A stretch of DNA of 64,000 nt from a virus: positions 1 through 64,000 of the IMG/VR virus record IMGVR_UViG_3300032675_000009; one strand, given 5' to 3'. The translations under genes were made by a program, and so were the position numbers. Below, piece after piece: positions 46,841-57,493 of this stretch; position 1 is the first letter of the stretch, and the number at the start of each line of letters is the position of its first letter. The notes below the pieces were generated by a model, which searched no databases, was not told where the DNA came from, and was given only the letters and a program-made list of their open reading frames with translations.

Positions 46841-48673
46841 ATGGGATCCCCGAACAACAGTTTGTATCAGGGACCGTTCAGCGCTCAGTTGGCGCCGATC
46901 GTTCCGGAGACGCCACGGCTGAACCCAAACACGCCTCCGACGAAAGCGGGCGGCGCGTTTTTTCTGGCATCGAAGTTCCTCGAGGGTGCGGCGCAGGCCA
47001 AGGCTCGGTCTTTTGCTCAAAAGGAACAAAAGAAGCAGGAGTATGTAGACAACCTGAATCGAAAAGTTCAAGAGGTGATGTCTGATCCGAAGTACACCGA
47101 TGAACAAAAGCATGCTTATATCCAGGCGGCGAATAATGCAATCGGTCCGCACATCAACGAAACCTTAAAAAAATCGGACAGTAAAAAAAATCCGGTCCTG
47201 GGGGCGGCCAAAAGTCTTTGGGATGGATTGACGGGCGGTAAGTACGAATCGACCAAGCCCGACCCCCAGAGTATTCAAGACTTCATGGCGGGAGCCGGGG
47301 AAAATATTCTTCGTGATCCGAAGGGGCTAAAAGCTACCTACGCGTCTCAATTGACTGGAACGTTCGATCAGGTTTTAGCTGCCCAGCCTCCGGGCACGCC
47401 GGTGACATTCGAGACGCTAAGGAATCACCCGGATGTCATTAGGGCGATTAACGCAACGCGGCCGTACTTGGGAGACCAAGGCGTTAATGACATCGTAAGC
47501 ACGTACACCGGAGCAAGGCAGAAAGAGCCGGCTCCAGGGAGCGTTGAAGCAATCCGTGCTGGCATGCAAAAAAAATACGGCCAGCCACAAACAGTTCCGC
47601 CTCCCGGGGCTCCGGGATCAACAGCACAGCAGCAAAACGCCTTACCCCCACTGGCTCCTGGATCCGCTCCAATACCAACTGCAGAGCCGCCGCTACCACG
47701 CAGTTCTACGGCAACTCAGCGTCCGGCTGTTTCCGATCAACAAATCCTTGCCGACATGACTGAGGCCGGATGGGCATCAAAGCCCACTTCGGGAATATCG
47801 AACGGAAAAGATGTCAATGCTGTCTACGTGAATAACCCCCTGGACTCCTCGCTTAACGGATATCGCGATGCCAACACCGGTAAGCTGCTGCCAAACTTTT
47901 CTCCTGTTCCCAAGGCCGGCGAAGAGCCGAAGTATGAAAAGGGAGAGCAGACAGAAATCAATGGCAAGGTGTATCAAGTCTACGTCAATCCCAGAAATCC
48001 CAAGGAATCGTATGTGGACATGGATCATCCGGTCTACAAGGCGCCCAAGGCGACAAAGGGCGGTGGCGGTGGTGGAGAAAAACCGTTAACGCCGGCGCAG
48101 AAGCTGAACATCACGAATAGCTACAAGGCAGCCTTGACGCGTAATCAGCAGCAGGCGGACGCGGCCGTAGCAAACTACTGGGCCCAGCTAAACAACGACA
48201 AAAATCCGCTGTCCATCAAGTTTACCGCCCAAAACAAAAACAATAACGAAGAGACACTTCAAATGCGCCAGCAGGAACTGGAGCGCTACAAGCGAGATGA
48301 GGTGTACGGGCCGAACGGGATTAAGGCGCGCGCCGATAAGCAGGCCCAGCAGGAGTACTACCAAAGCATCGCAGCGGTCAATCCTAATTTTGTCATCCCC
48401 GAGGAAACGACGGAGCCGCCAAAGCCTCGAGTAAACAAGGAAGCGTCGATCGGCAAGCAGGCGCCGGGTGAGGTAAAAGCGTCGACAGAAGCGCCGCCGA
48501 CCGCAAAAGGAATCGTGCCATCATCTGATCCAAGGCGCGCCGCCCTTAAGGCAAAAACTCCCAACATGGAAGCCCCGGATGACATTCTAAGGAAATACAT
48601 CATCTTGGCCAGGCAACACGGTGGCGATTACACTGAAGCGGTGAAGATGATGCAGCAAGACGGATACAGATAG
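46841..48673 (+). CDS. internal virion/ejection protein
   Basis: Position and composition. Confidence 0.6.
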   Translation: MGSPNNSLYQGPFSAQLAPIVPETPRLNPNTPPTKAGGAFFLASKFLEGAAQAKARSFAQKEQKKQEYVDNLNRKVQEVMSDPKYTDEQKHAYIQAANNAIGPHINETLKKSDSKKNPVLGAAKSLWDGLTGGKYESTKPDPQSIQDFMAGAGENILRDPKGLKATYASQLTGTFDQVLAAQPPGTPVTFETLRNHPDVIRAINATRPYLGDQGVNDIVSTYTGARQKEPAPGSVEAIRAGMQKKYGQPQTVPPPGAPGSTAQQQNALPPLAPGSAPIPTAEPPLPRSSTATQRPAVSDQQILADMTEAGWASKPTSGISNGKDVNAVYVNNPLDSSLNGYRDANTGKLLPNFSPVPKAGEEPKYEKGEQTEINGKVYQVYVNPRNPKESYVDMDHPVYKAPKATKGGGGGGEKPLTPAQKLNITNSYKAALTRNQQQADAAVANYWAQLNNDKNPLSIKFTAQNKNNNEETLQMRQQELERYKRDEVYGPNGIKARADKQAQQEYYQSIAAVNPNFVIPEETTEPPKPRVNKEASIGKQAPGEVKASTEAPPTAKGIVPSSDPRRAALKAKTPNMEAPDDILRKYIILARQHGGDYTEAVKMMQQDGYR

Positions 48674-48685
48674 AGGACCTAACTC

Positions 48686-51600
48686 ATGGGATCTGCGGTT
48701 ATTGATTTGGAAACCCGCGCTCGTAGAATGGCAGCCACGATGCCTCGAGCGGATTCCACTGCGGATGTGTCATCCGACTTAGAGGCGCGCGCTAAGCGCA
48801 TGGCCGCGACCATGGCCGTAGAGCCGGTCCGGTCACCGAGCAATCAAGAATACGAGAAGCCGCCGTCGCTAATGGAGCGCGCCAAGAAAGTCGGTGGCGA
48901 ACTCCTGGGGTCAGCCCAGACGCCGATTCCGGTTACCCTCAACCGGATGCTCGGCACGCCGCAGGAATCGAACCCTATGGCGCAGAGCGGGAAGGCGCTG
49001 GGTCACACCATCCGGCAGGGACTGGGTGAAGCCGCCACCGCGCTCGTTGATATCCCGTTCGGCAAGGGAACAGCCGCGAAGATTGCAAACTATGAACCCG
49101 TCAATCCCGCGCTGAAGCATGTCAAGGACGCTGTGGATTTCGGCGGCGAACTGATTGAGCAGGGCAGTGAGGCGGCCGGTGGCCTGGTTGATTTCATGGC
49201 ATCACCGCTGGGTATTGCCACGGCCGGTGCTGGGATTATCCCGAAGGCGGCCGTCAAAGCGAGCGAGGTGGCGTTCGGCGCGCAGATGACTGGTGCCGCA
49301 TGGGAGAAGATCAAAAAGGCAATCGACGACCCCACGGCGCACAACTTAGCTGATGCGCTCGTAGGCACTGTTATGGCGGCGCTGCCGGCAGTGCATGGTG
49401 TCAGCGAACACCTCAACGTCGGCAAGGATCTCAAAACTGAATTCAAGGGGGACGTGACCCCGGAGCCGCCGAAGCCATTGGAGCAGCAGATGTCCAGCGG
49501 CGATCTCGCTAAGGCGCTGAAGTCCGAGAAAGATCCTGCCAAGCTCGACAAGTTGAAGGCGGAAGCAAAGAAGCGACTCCAGGAGCATTACAAGCAGGCG
49601 AGTCAGTCCGCATCGGTACCGCCTGAAAAGTTGTCCGATGCCGCGCTACAGCAGACGATGCAGGTGGAAACCGGACCGCGCCGGAAGGAACTCGAAGCTG
49701 AGGCCCAGAAGCGCGGCGTGCCCGTCGTTGCGCCGATACCCGCCGCGCAGGCGGCGGCCGAGACGTTCAAACCGATCACCGATTACGACGCACTGTTTGA
49801 CCAAGCCGATAAGTTGGAAGCACGCCGGAAACGCGAGAAGCCGACGATTCCCACTGAGGGACCGTCCGACGAGGAGCAGCGCCAAGCGGCGGCGCGCGAG
49901 GATGTTTCTTCCCAGTTGGGCAACACTGTTCCCTACGACCAATTGGAGCCGGAAGAGAAACAGGTCGTCGATGACTTCATTGCAGGTGGGTACATCGGCG
50001 TAGGGGCACCGGAGCGGCCTCCCGCAGCCGCTACGGAAGCGCCCTCAGTGGAACCGCCGAAGCCGCGCAGGTCTACTAAGGTCTACTTGGATGGGCAGCC
50101 GAGTTCGCTGATGTCAGATATTGTAAGTCGTTCAGGCCGTCTTGATATTGGCGCGGAAACTCATGGCGAGGGCGATGCTGGGCACTGGGAAGTCGGGCCA
50201 ACATCGGAAGAGTTTGGGCCGACATTCGTACCACGAAAAGTAAACCCGGCGCACTTAGCAACACAGGCGGACAACGCAAGAAATGCAAAGCCGCGAGTTG
50301 AAACGAAAGCGGCAGAACTTGGAACGGCACCGCCCGAACGTGAGACGAAACCCGTAGTTAGTGAAACGAAAGTAGTCTCCGGAGAACCCCCAGCACCGCG
50401 CCGAAATAAGAAAAACCAGCAGGCCAGGGCCAAAGCCGAGAACCTCAAAGGGAAAACCGTTCGCAACTACTTTGGTGAGTTGGATCAGGTGCTGGATGTT
50501 ACTTTTGACGGCGAGATACCAATCTACACGGTCAAGGACTTGGCGACCGGAGAGGTGCGCAATCACAGCACCCCAATCAAGGACAGTGACGTTGCGGTCT
50601 CCGCTGAACCGCCAGCTGGAAGGACAAGTGATGTCCATCGCGACCCGGAGACCCTGAAAAGGCTAGGACCGTCCACAGCCATAGACATTCAGCGCGACCA
50701 AGAGCCGCCGAAAAGACTTACGGACATGTCCGAATCCGGACAGGACGCGTCAACCGTTTCACGGGAAACATCAGAGGTCGAACCGAAGGAACAGTCAGAG
50801 TACCAAAAGAACTACGCTGCATTCAGTGCGGATGCCGGCTCCTACGAAAAGGGTTCTCGCGTCAAGGCGCTGACGGACAAGATCGCGCAGCACGCCAGAA
50901 CGCTCGGCATGAAGCCGGAGGAACTGCAAAAGGAGTTGAGTGACGTTTACGGCTGGGCGCCGCGTGACGTCGACATTGCGGTAGGGAAAGCGTTCAAGAC
51001 ATCAGAGGTGTCAGCCGAGCCACCACCGAAGCGCGCGCGCAAGGGAAGCGGCGGCAAGGTTGTAGTCTCACGACCAACCCAAGAGGCGAGCGTGGAGCCT
51101 CCGGCGCCACGACGGAGTGGATGGGAAAGTCAGCCCGCCCCGGACTGGTGGAAGAAGGCCCACGGATCGGAGTCGATTACTGAGCCATGGGATACCGTGC
51201 GGGACGCCTATGTCAAGCGCACTCAAACAGATCCGCAATTCCAGCAGACGATGATGGACTACGCCCACGACTGGGCTGACGGCACGGCGGAAGCGGGGCG
51301 CGATCGCAGGGCTATGTCCGAATCCGGACCTGAGGCCAGCGCTGAGCCACCGGCCAGGTCTGGTTCATTGCTGGACAAAGTGCAGTCCATGGAACCGATC
51401 AAAGGCGTTCCGGTTTCCACGCTTCGCTTGCGTAAGGAGTTCCCGGGGCTCACCAAGGAAGAGTTCGACCAGCAGGCCCTGAGGCTCCGCAAGGAGCAGA
51501 AGGTGTTCCTATCGCAGTACGGGGACAACGTGAACAACCTGAGCCAAGCGGACCGGGACATATTGATTCACGATCCGGCGACCGGCGAGTACTTCGTGGC

Positions 51601-54478
51601 CGTGGCGGAGCGCACTTCGGATGAAGCGCCAGGTGGAGATGAACCGCCGGAAACGCCGGATCGCAACGGCGATATTCCCGACGACAATCGCAACGTTGTA
51701 GGCAATCCGTACAAGATCAAAGGCAGCAAAATCAGAAAGGGCAACGGGTCGATTGACTTCGGGGCCTACGTTTCCAAGATCAACGATGGCATCAGGGAAG
51801 CGTGGGATCGGGTTCGCCATCCAGACAAATACACCCAGCATTCCAGTGTTAAGGCCAACGTCATGGACTGGATGATCCGAAACCTTTCGGAGTTGTCTGA
51901 GGTGGCGCCTGATGTTCACACCGATGCGCTGCGTGCGACCGGAAGCAAGGGGCAAGCTAACATCTTGTCTGTCACCGTGCTGCCCAGGATTGCGAAAGCG
52001 CTAGAGGGAAGCCAAATTAGCCCGGATATATTCCTCGCCGCTCTTGAGCAAGACCGTTTGGATGGAATCAAGTCGGGATGGGGAAGACTGGCTGCAGATG
52101 TTCGGAGATTGACTCCGGATGAGTTCATGGCATCCGCTGGCGCTTACCAGTGGTTTGTCGACGCGATCAAGGACAAAAGCGCGTTCCAGGGTGACACAGT
52201 AGCCGAAGCCTATCTGCGAGGAATCGGCGGCCGGATGACCCAACTGATCGAGAACAATAAACTCGAAGAAGCCAGAAACCTGGCGGCCGGTGCATATGAA
52301 CTGGCCGCTCAGAAAACAGGAACGATCTTTGGCTCGAAGCCGGCTCAGTTGCAGTACTCGAAGATCAGTGTCAATGATCCTCACGTAGCCGAGGCGCTGA
52401 AGATTTACAAGGAGGGCATCGAGGCACCGGCGGCGAAGGCACATAAGCGGAACGAGGGTGTGTTTGCGGATTGGGTGGGGCCGAAGTTCGGCACTTGGGT
52501 TCCGCTGTCTGCTCCTAAGGAAACGGGCATCCGCCGATGGCTGCAAATTCCCGCATCCTCACCGTACAAGAAAGGGCGCAACATCGCCAATTACTTCACG
52601 ACCGGGTTGAGCAAGGACTACGACCTGACGTGGCGCGGCATGCTCGAAACTCTTGGGGCGTACAACCGAAACTCCAATATGAATGCGCTCAAAGAAGCCA
52701 TGGTGCATTTCGGGATAATCCAAGAGGTAAAGCCATACAAGAGCGCGCCAGCGGAAATATACTATGCCGGTAAAATGGTTCCGGCGGTCGTTATACCCTT
52801 GGGGGTTGATCGTATCCAGAAGTCCGCCAGCGGAAAACTGAATTTCATCCCTGCTCGAAAAGGCGTAATCCCGGCGACGATCAAAAACGAGATTGATATT
52901 TTGCTGAAGCACTACAAGGACCCAGCCACTGGTATGGCAGCGGTAGCTGAGGGCATGGCTGCAGTGTTGACCAAAGGCACATTGATGGGGGTAACCGATG
53001 CCGAATTCCACTCCCTGAATTTATTGGGCGGACTCATCGGTAATACCCCATGGCTGGAGAACTCACTGTTTTCAAAAACGGTCGGTGGTTGGTTCCCGAT
53101 CAAGGCGCTTCACGCGATCTACAAGCTCTCCAATATTGACCCGCTGGACCCGAAGTGGGCTAAGTCACTGCAGGAGTTGGCGGACCTTGGTTTGGTGCCA
53201 GACAAGTACGGCCATGAGACGTACAGCAAGAAACTTGCGGAATTGACTGGTGCTGAAAAGGTTACATTCAGCGCCGGGCCACTGTTGTTCGGCCCAAAGG
53301 GCATTGACATCCGCGCCAGGTTGCTGATGTACGAAATCTCTAAAGAGGTCAACCCTCTGGCGACTCCGCAACAGCACTTCAGGTTTGTCAGTCAGTTGGG
53401 AAATTACGTTCGCGATAATCAAAGTTTCGTGGAGCGCGGTTTGAAAAATGTGAATCTAGGCACGTTCGCCACGGCTGGACTTACCGCTTTCCGGAATGGC
53501 GTCAACGCGGCATTCAGTACGGGACCGCTTCCGATCAGGCCGGAAATCGAGCGAGCCGCGAATCCGCCGGAATCTTACAAGGGCGACCCCAAGCGCGTCA
53601 TCGAGATGCAGAAGATGACGAACGAGGAGTGGCAGTCCCATGCGGCCATGCAGCGTTTCAAGGAGAAGGTGCGGCAGCAGATGACGGTTGGCATAGTCAG
53701 CATGGCTGCTACGGCCCTCATAGCCAACTACGCTGTTCGCCAAAAGTGGGCGTGGGATGATAAAGCCCAACGTTTAGGAAAAGTCATTGCCCCGGACTGG
53801 CTCAGACAGAGCACGTTCGGAATTAGCTACTGGGGACCGGACCTGAACAAACTTGGCTACTTGGATATCAGAACGTTCAACCCGGATATGTTCCGCGTCT
53901 CAGAGATCACGGGAGTGGAGAATTTTCTCAATACACTGCAAAAAGGTGGCAGCGTGGGAATGGCTAGCGAAGAAGCCAAGCGGCAATTCTACAACTCCGC
54001 TATGGCTCCAGTAACTCGTAGCCCCGTGGTCAGGTTCGCAACAGTTGCGGCGTTCGGTAAGGAGCCGTACATCACGCAGTTGAGAAATCGGCAGACAGGA
54101 GCGCCGGAGGTTACTTGGATGTCAGCCTCCAAAACCAAGCAGCCTGGGCTTTCGCAGGAAGCAGAGAACATCAGGGAGGCGTTCGCCGGCATCAACCCCA
54201 TGGGGCTTCAGTGGTCGGGTGCGATGGGATTGGGCGAGCGCGGCGAACTGGAAGAATCGTACGGTGGAAAAGCGTGGGTAAGGAATGCAACCGGAATGGT
54301 ATTTCCCCGCTTCTTCGCACTAGGGGAAAACCCTGACTTGGAAACCAAGAAGCTGAAGGACCTCCAGAAGCGGATCGATGCAACCGTGAAGAAAGAAGAG
54401 ACCCCTCCCGAACTACGAACGCACGGTCACGCGAATTCCGCCGCGCCGCCGGCACCACGAAGATCGCACCACAAATGA
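48686..54478 (+). CDS. giant internal virion (polyvalent/ejection) protein
   Basis: 1930 aa, last in the virion block; recurring EPP(A/K)PRR linkers. Confidence 0.7.
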   Translation: MGSAVIDLETRARRMAATMPRADSTADVSSDLEARAKRMAATMAVEPVRSPSNQEYEKPPSLMERAKKVGGELLGSAQTPIPVTLNRMLGTPQESNPMAQSGKALGHTIRQGLGEAATALVDIPFGKGTAAKIANYEPVNPALKHVKDAVDFGGELIEQGSEAAGGLVDFMASPLGIATAGAGIIPKAAVKASEVAFGAQMTGAAWEKIKKAIDDPTAHNLADALVGTVMAALPAVHGVSEHLNVGKDLKTEFKGDVTPEPPKPLEQQMSSGDLAKALKSEKDPAKLDKLKAEAKKRLQEHYKQASQSASVPPEKLSDAALQQTMQVETGPRRKELEAEAQKRGVPVVAPIPAAQAAAETFKPITDYDALFDQADKLEARRKREKPTIPTEGPSDEEQRQAAAREDVSSQLGNTVPYDQLEPEEKQVVDDFIAGGYIGVGAPERPPAAATEAPSVEPPKPRRSTKVYLDGQPSSLMSDIVSRSGRLDIGAETHGEGDAGHWEVGPTSEEFGPTFVPRKVNPAHLATQADNARNAKPRVETKAAELGTAPPERETKPVVSETKVVSGEPPAPRRNKKNQQARAKAENLKGKTVRNYFGELDQVLDVTFDGEIPIYTVKDLATGEVRNHSTPIKDSDVAVSAEPPAGRTSDVHRDPETLKRLGPSTAIDIQRDQEPPKRLTDMSESGQDASTVSRETSEVEPKEQSEYQKNYAAFSADAGSYEKGSRVKALTDKIAQHARTLGMKPEELQKELSDVYGWAPRDVDIAVGKAFKTSEVSAEPPPKRARKGSGGKVVVSRPTQEASVEPPAPRRSGWESQPAPDWWKKAHGSESITEPWDTVRDAYVKRTQTDPQFQQTMMDYAHDWADGTAEAGRDRRAMSESGPEASAEPPARSGSLLDKVQSMEPIKGVPVSTLRLRKEFPGLTKEEFDQQALRLRKEQKVFLSQYGDNVNNLSQADRDILIHDPATGEYFVAVAERTSDEAPGGDEPPETPDRNGDIPDDNRNVVGNPYKIKGSKIRKGNGSIDFGAYVSKINDGIREAWDRVRHPDKYTQHSSVKANVMDWMIRNLSELSEVAPDVHTDALRATGSKGQANILSVTVLPRIAKALEGSQISPDIFLAALEQDRLDGIKSGWGRLAADVRRLTPDEFMASAGAYQWFVDAIKDKSAFQGDTVAEAYLRGIGGRMTQLIENNKLEEARNLAAGAYELAAQKTGTIFGSKPAQLQYSKISVNDPHVAEALKIYKEGIEAPAAKAHKRNEGVFADWVGPKFGTWVPLSAPKETGIRRWLQIPASSPYKKGRNIANYFTTGLSKDYDLTWRGMLETLGAYNRNSNMNALKEAMVHFGIIQEVKPYKSAPAEIYYAGKMVPAVVIPLGVDRIQKSASGKLNFIPARKGVIPATIKNEIDILLKHYKDPATGMAAVAEGMAAVLTKGTLMGVTDAEFHSLNLLGGLIGNTPWLENSLFSKTVGGWFPIKALHAIYKLSNIDPLDPKWAKSLQELADLGLVPDKYGHETYSKKLAELTGAEKVTFSAGPLLFGPKGIDIRARLLMYEISKEVNPLATPQQHFRFVSQLGNYVRDNQSFVERGLKNVNLGTFATAGLTAFRNGVNAAFSTGPLPIRPEIERAANPPESYKGDPKRVIEMQKMTNEEWQSHAAMQRFKEKVRQQMTVGIVSMAATALIANYAVRQKWAWDDKAQRLGKVIAPDWLRQSTFGISYWGPDLNKLGYLDIRTFNPDMFRVSEITGVENFLNTLQKGGSVGMASEEAKRQFYNSAMAPVTRSPVVRFATVAAFGKEPYITQLRNRQTGAPEVTWMSASKTKQPGLSQEAENIREAFAGINPMGLQWSGAMGLGERGELEESYGGKAWVRNATGMVFPRFFALGENPDLETKKLKDLQKRIDATVKKEETPPELRTHGHANSAAPPAPRRSHHK
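50755..50770. promoter_or_regulatory. near-canonical parS site
   Basis: CGTTTCACGGGAAACA vs TGTTTCACGTGAAACA (14/16); encodes VSRET. Confidence 0.45.
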
Positions 54479-54864
54479 GAAAGGAACAACCACGCATGCC
54501 CACTGACTACAGACACCCTTCGAGCGACGTAGCCCTCAACCTGATGCACTCAGTCGTCCAGCAGTGCTTGTTCAACCGGGCGTTCCCCGCCGAACTAAAG
54601 ATCTTGGACAGGGATATGAAGGTGATTGATCAAGTGCGACTTGTGTCGGCCGAGGACGAATCGATTAAGGCGGCCATGCGGTTGATCCGCCGCACCAGCC
54701 AAGCTCACGCGGTTCGCATTGAGCCTGGCCCCCAGTCAACCGTTGCGGTGAGGTGCTGGATTAAGATCGTCTCGTCATACCAAACGCCGGACGATCGAGC
54801 GTCGGCCACGCGCAGCGTGTGGGAGCGAAATTACGGCATTGACCCGGACGGGCTTACGGCCTGA
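54475..54864 (+). CDS. hypothetical protein
   Basis: Follows the giant gene. Confidence 0.5.
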   Translation: MRKEQPRMPTDYRHPSSDVALNLMHSVVQQCLFNRAFPAELKILDRDMKVIDQVRLVSAEDESIKAAMRLIRRTSQAHAVRIEPGPQSTVAVRCWIKIVSSYQTPDDRASATRSVWERNYGIDPDGLTA

Positions 54865-55124
54865 CCTGCTTACAACTTAGGTCTCCCCAGTTAACGCCGT
54901 CACTGACGCCGCACTTCTCGATCGCCACGTCTGTGGCTTGGCGTAGTTTGACTAATTCCTCTCGGTTCATTGCGCATACATCCAAGCCTGAACATCGCAG
55001 CGAAGGAACTCGGCTACGGTGCTGTTGTTCCGCACGAACCTGAGAGTGTGCTCCCCGGTTTCGATACTGTCGCATTTTACTGTGAAGGGATTCTCTCGAC
55101 CCCTGACGTAAATCTGGAAGGTGT

Positions 55125-55496
55125 TCACTTGACCAACTCTCCCTCAACGCCGCGCGCGATGCGCTCCTTGGTGCGGTTCTGCAGGAACTGCAACCCAATG
55201 CCGATGTGCTCCAAAGCGCAGGCATTTGCCGTACAGGTAAATGGCCCGTCCTGGAACGAGTTCAATCGGTCCATCACGATCGCTAGTAGCGCCTCGTGAG
55301 TGAGTCCATTCACACCTGCTTCCTTGATCGGTCCGTTCTGGAATTTAATCAGAACAGACTCCGGGTCATCGTGTCCGAATCCGGACACCAAGTACTCATG
55401 GTTCGCCCCGCCGGCTCCCGGCTCGTCGATCACCTCGATCTTCAACTGATGGTTTGCCGAATCGCCTTCGACAATGTGGTCTGTGATTGTTCTCAT
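55125..55496 (-). CDS. tad1: Tad1-family anti-defence nucleotide sponge
   Basis: G.GGA.HEY...IKFQ.G...G....LL.IV.DRL.SFQ.GPF....NACAL.H....L.....R...R..R.V.G matches the recalled cbTad1 sequence end to end. Confidence 0.85.
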   Translation of the reverse strand: MRTITDHIVEGDSANHQLKIEVIDEPGAGGANHEYLVSGFGHDDPESVLIKFQNGPIKEAGVNGLTHEALLAIVMDRLNSFQDGPFTCTANACALEHIGIGLQFLQNRTKERIARGVEGELVK

Positions 55497-55530
55497 GTTA
55501 ATCGTTTTTCCCTTCTCTCAAAACTAACTT

Positions 55531-55959
55531 TTATCGAGTCCCTTTCTTCGCTCGCAGGCGAAGTCCGGATTCGGACATGGGAATCGGCCTCGGCATGATC
55601 TCGACAACCGTTTTGTAGTGGTCGGAGATCACCGCCGGCTCAATAATAATACGCCCGTTGTTCCGGGCGATGGAATCGTTCTTCAAGACCTTCATTTTGA
55701 CAAGGCAATCCAGGAGCGTGCTGACCATGTTATCTCGATCGCTTCGGCCGTCCGCCACAGTAAACATGAACCAGATGTCCGGGGACTCCAGGTTGAGATC
55801 GCGGTACTCGCCCGGAACCTGCAGCATAATCGCATTCATTGAGTCCTGGGCCTTCTTCGAGTTGGCCACCCGCATCTTGCCGTCCTTGCCTACGAACGGA
55901 GTCTTGCTGTTCTTCTTGGCTTCGACCTTACCGAAGAACTCTAGGGTGATCAGGCTCAT
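55531..55959 (-). CDS. rusA: RusA-like Holliday junction resolvase
   Basis: G....KKN, D.DN....LLD.L......ND. Confidence 0.75.
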   Translation of the reverse strand: MSLITLEFFGKVEAKKNSKTPFVGKDGKMRVANSKKAQDSMNAIMLQVPGEYRDLNLESPDIWFMFTVADGRSDRDNMVSTLLDCLVKMKVLKNDSIARNNGRIIIEPAVISDHYKTVVEIMPRPIPMSESGLRLRAKKGTR

Positions 55960-56375
55960 GCGATGACCTTCAATCCATGGGCTTTGCCATGACAACCGGC
56001 ACACAATGCGCGGAGATTAGATGGCTCGTGCGTTCCACCCTGACTCCTGAATTTCACGTGATGCACCTGAAGCGGTTTGACGCCACCACAGTCCTCGCAC
56101 CTGTAGTCGCACTGCTTCAGCCTCAGTTTCTTGTGAAGATCCAAGACCGTCTGGACCAGCACCGCAAGCGCGCCCTTGAGGGTAGTGTCGGTGATCATGA
56201 CGGCCGTTCCATCGCAGATCTTCGTGGCCACGGTGAGCATTCTACTGCCAGGCACAGCTGGCAATACCTCGATAGGGTAGCCGATCATCTTCTCGGCGTG
56301 CAGGATAGTCACTACCAGATCATACGGAATTCGTTGACGGAATGCAAGGGGGGATTTACTCCAGGCCGATCCCAC
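55956..56375 (-). CDS. HNH endonuclease domain protein (start uncertain)
   Basis: CEDCG...VHHV..RSQGG....NL..LC..CH. Confidence 0.75.
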   Translation of the reverse strand: MGSAWSKSPLAFRQRIPYDLVVTILHAEKMIGYPIEVLPAVPGSRMLTVATKICDGTAVMITDTTLKGALAVLVQTVLDLHKKLRLKQCDYRCEDCGGVKPLQVHHVKFRSQGGTHEPSNLRALCAGCHGKAHGLKVIA

Positions 56376-56452
56376 TGCGTCCGCTCACCTGGACGGCCCA
56401 AAGAGAACACCGTGCCGGAAGCGGAAGAAACGGCACGCCGATAGGGTATCAC

Positions 56453-56480
56453 AAAAAAGGCCCCCTGTACTAGCGGGGCC
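56453..56480 (-). terminator. intrinsic terminator
   Basis: Minus strand ggcccc...ggggcc followed by T6. Confidence 0.6.
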
Positions 56481-56510
56481 ATTGCAGTGGTGCTACTCCG
56501 TCACCGAAGG

Positions 56511-57263
56511 TCAGTTGGCATCAACTTCCTTTTCCGATGGGTAGTCGTCATCGTCTTCCTCGGGCTGCTGCTGAAGGCCACTCAGGAATTCTGCCATGAC
56601 GTACTCTAGAATCACCCCGTGGTCCGAACTCGAACAAGCTGATTGAACCGCACCAGAGTTCACGAAATCAGTCCACATATTCGAGATTGCCCGGCTGGTG
56701 ATGATCGTTATGCCGTACTTATCCTCGGAGGTGTCGAACAGCTTGCGCTTGACCAGCGCCTCTTTGAGTTCCGCAATCGTGCTGTTCTCTGCGATCGCCA
56801 GAAGCTCTTGGTAATCCGAGTTCTTCTCGGTCGTCACGCTCGAAAGAATCGACATCGAGACAATGCCGATCTCCGCCTGCTTCTCAACGCTTAAAGACGG
56901 GAACGCCAGTGCGACCTTCTTGGCCGCGTAGGCATCCGTGCGGGACACACCGAGTTTTTCGACAACTTCTTTCCGCATGAACTGCTCGAAGGACTGGTAG
57001 CCCAGTCGAGTGTAGCTCTCTGGGTTGTCGTGAATAGAAACCAGAAGCCGGCCGATCAGTGGTCGCATTTTGGCTGTGACTTCGCTGGCGCGAACCATGA
57101 CTCGGCAACAGACCGCGAGTGTTTCGTAAAGCGCTTCCGGAGTGAACTCCCGGTCCAAGACGAAATCGATCTTGGAGGTCGGCTCCAGCGCCGCCTTAAA
57201 CATCTTCGCCTCAGACGGAGTGAGACTTGCCTGCTTGATGGATGGATCGGGAGTGGGTGCCAT
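56511..57263 (-). CDS. hypothetical protein
   Basis: Y..LGY.SF..F...LG.SR..AY motif recalled from phage DNA-binding proteins. Confidence 0.6.
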   Translation of the reverse strand: MAPTPDPSIKQASLTPSEAKMFKAALEPTSKIDFVLDREFTPEALYETLAVCCRVMVRASEVTAKMRPLIGRLLVSIHDNPESYTRLGYQSFEQFMRKEVVEKLGVSRTDAYAAKKVALAFPSLSVEKQAEIGIVSMSILSSVTTEKNSDYQELLAIAENSTIAELKEALVKRKLFDTSEDKYGITIITSRAISNMWTDFVNSGAVQSACSSSDHGVILEYVMAEFLSGLQQQPEEDDDDYPSEKEVDAN

Positions 57264-57264
57264 G

Positions 57265-57480
57265 TTATTTAAGCGAGTCGATTGCCTTGTATATCTCAGA
57301 TTCCCCGAGCCAAAGCCATGCAGGATCTTTGAAGGCATGGCAAGCGAAAACGGCCTTGGCACGATCAAGATCAGGTTCATGGTTCGGCTCATAGGCTATC
57401 TGTCTACATGTTGGCCATAGAATCTCCAGATCAATACGCCGAAGCCTTCGGTACCACCAGTTCAGGATGAGGGTCTTCAT
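57265..57480 (-). CDS. hypothetical protein
   Basis: Operon packing. Confidence 0.55.
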   Translation of the reverse strand: MKTLILNWWYRRLRRIDLEILWPTCRQIAYEPNHEPDLDRAKAVFACHAFKDPAWLWLGESEIYKAIDSLK

Positions 57481-57493
57481 CGCAATTCAGGAA

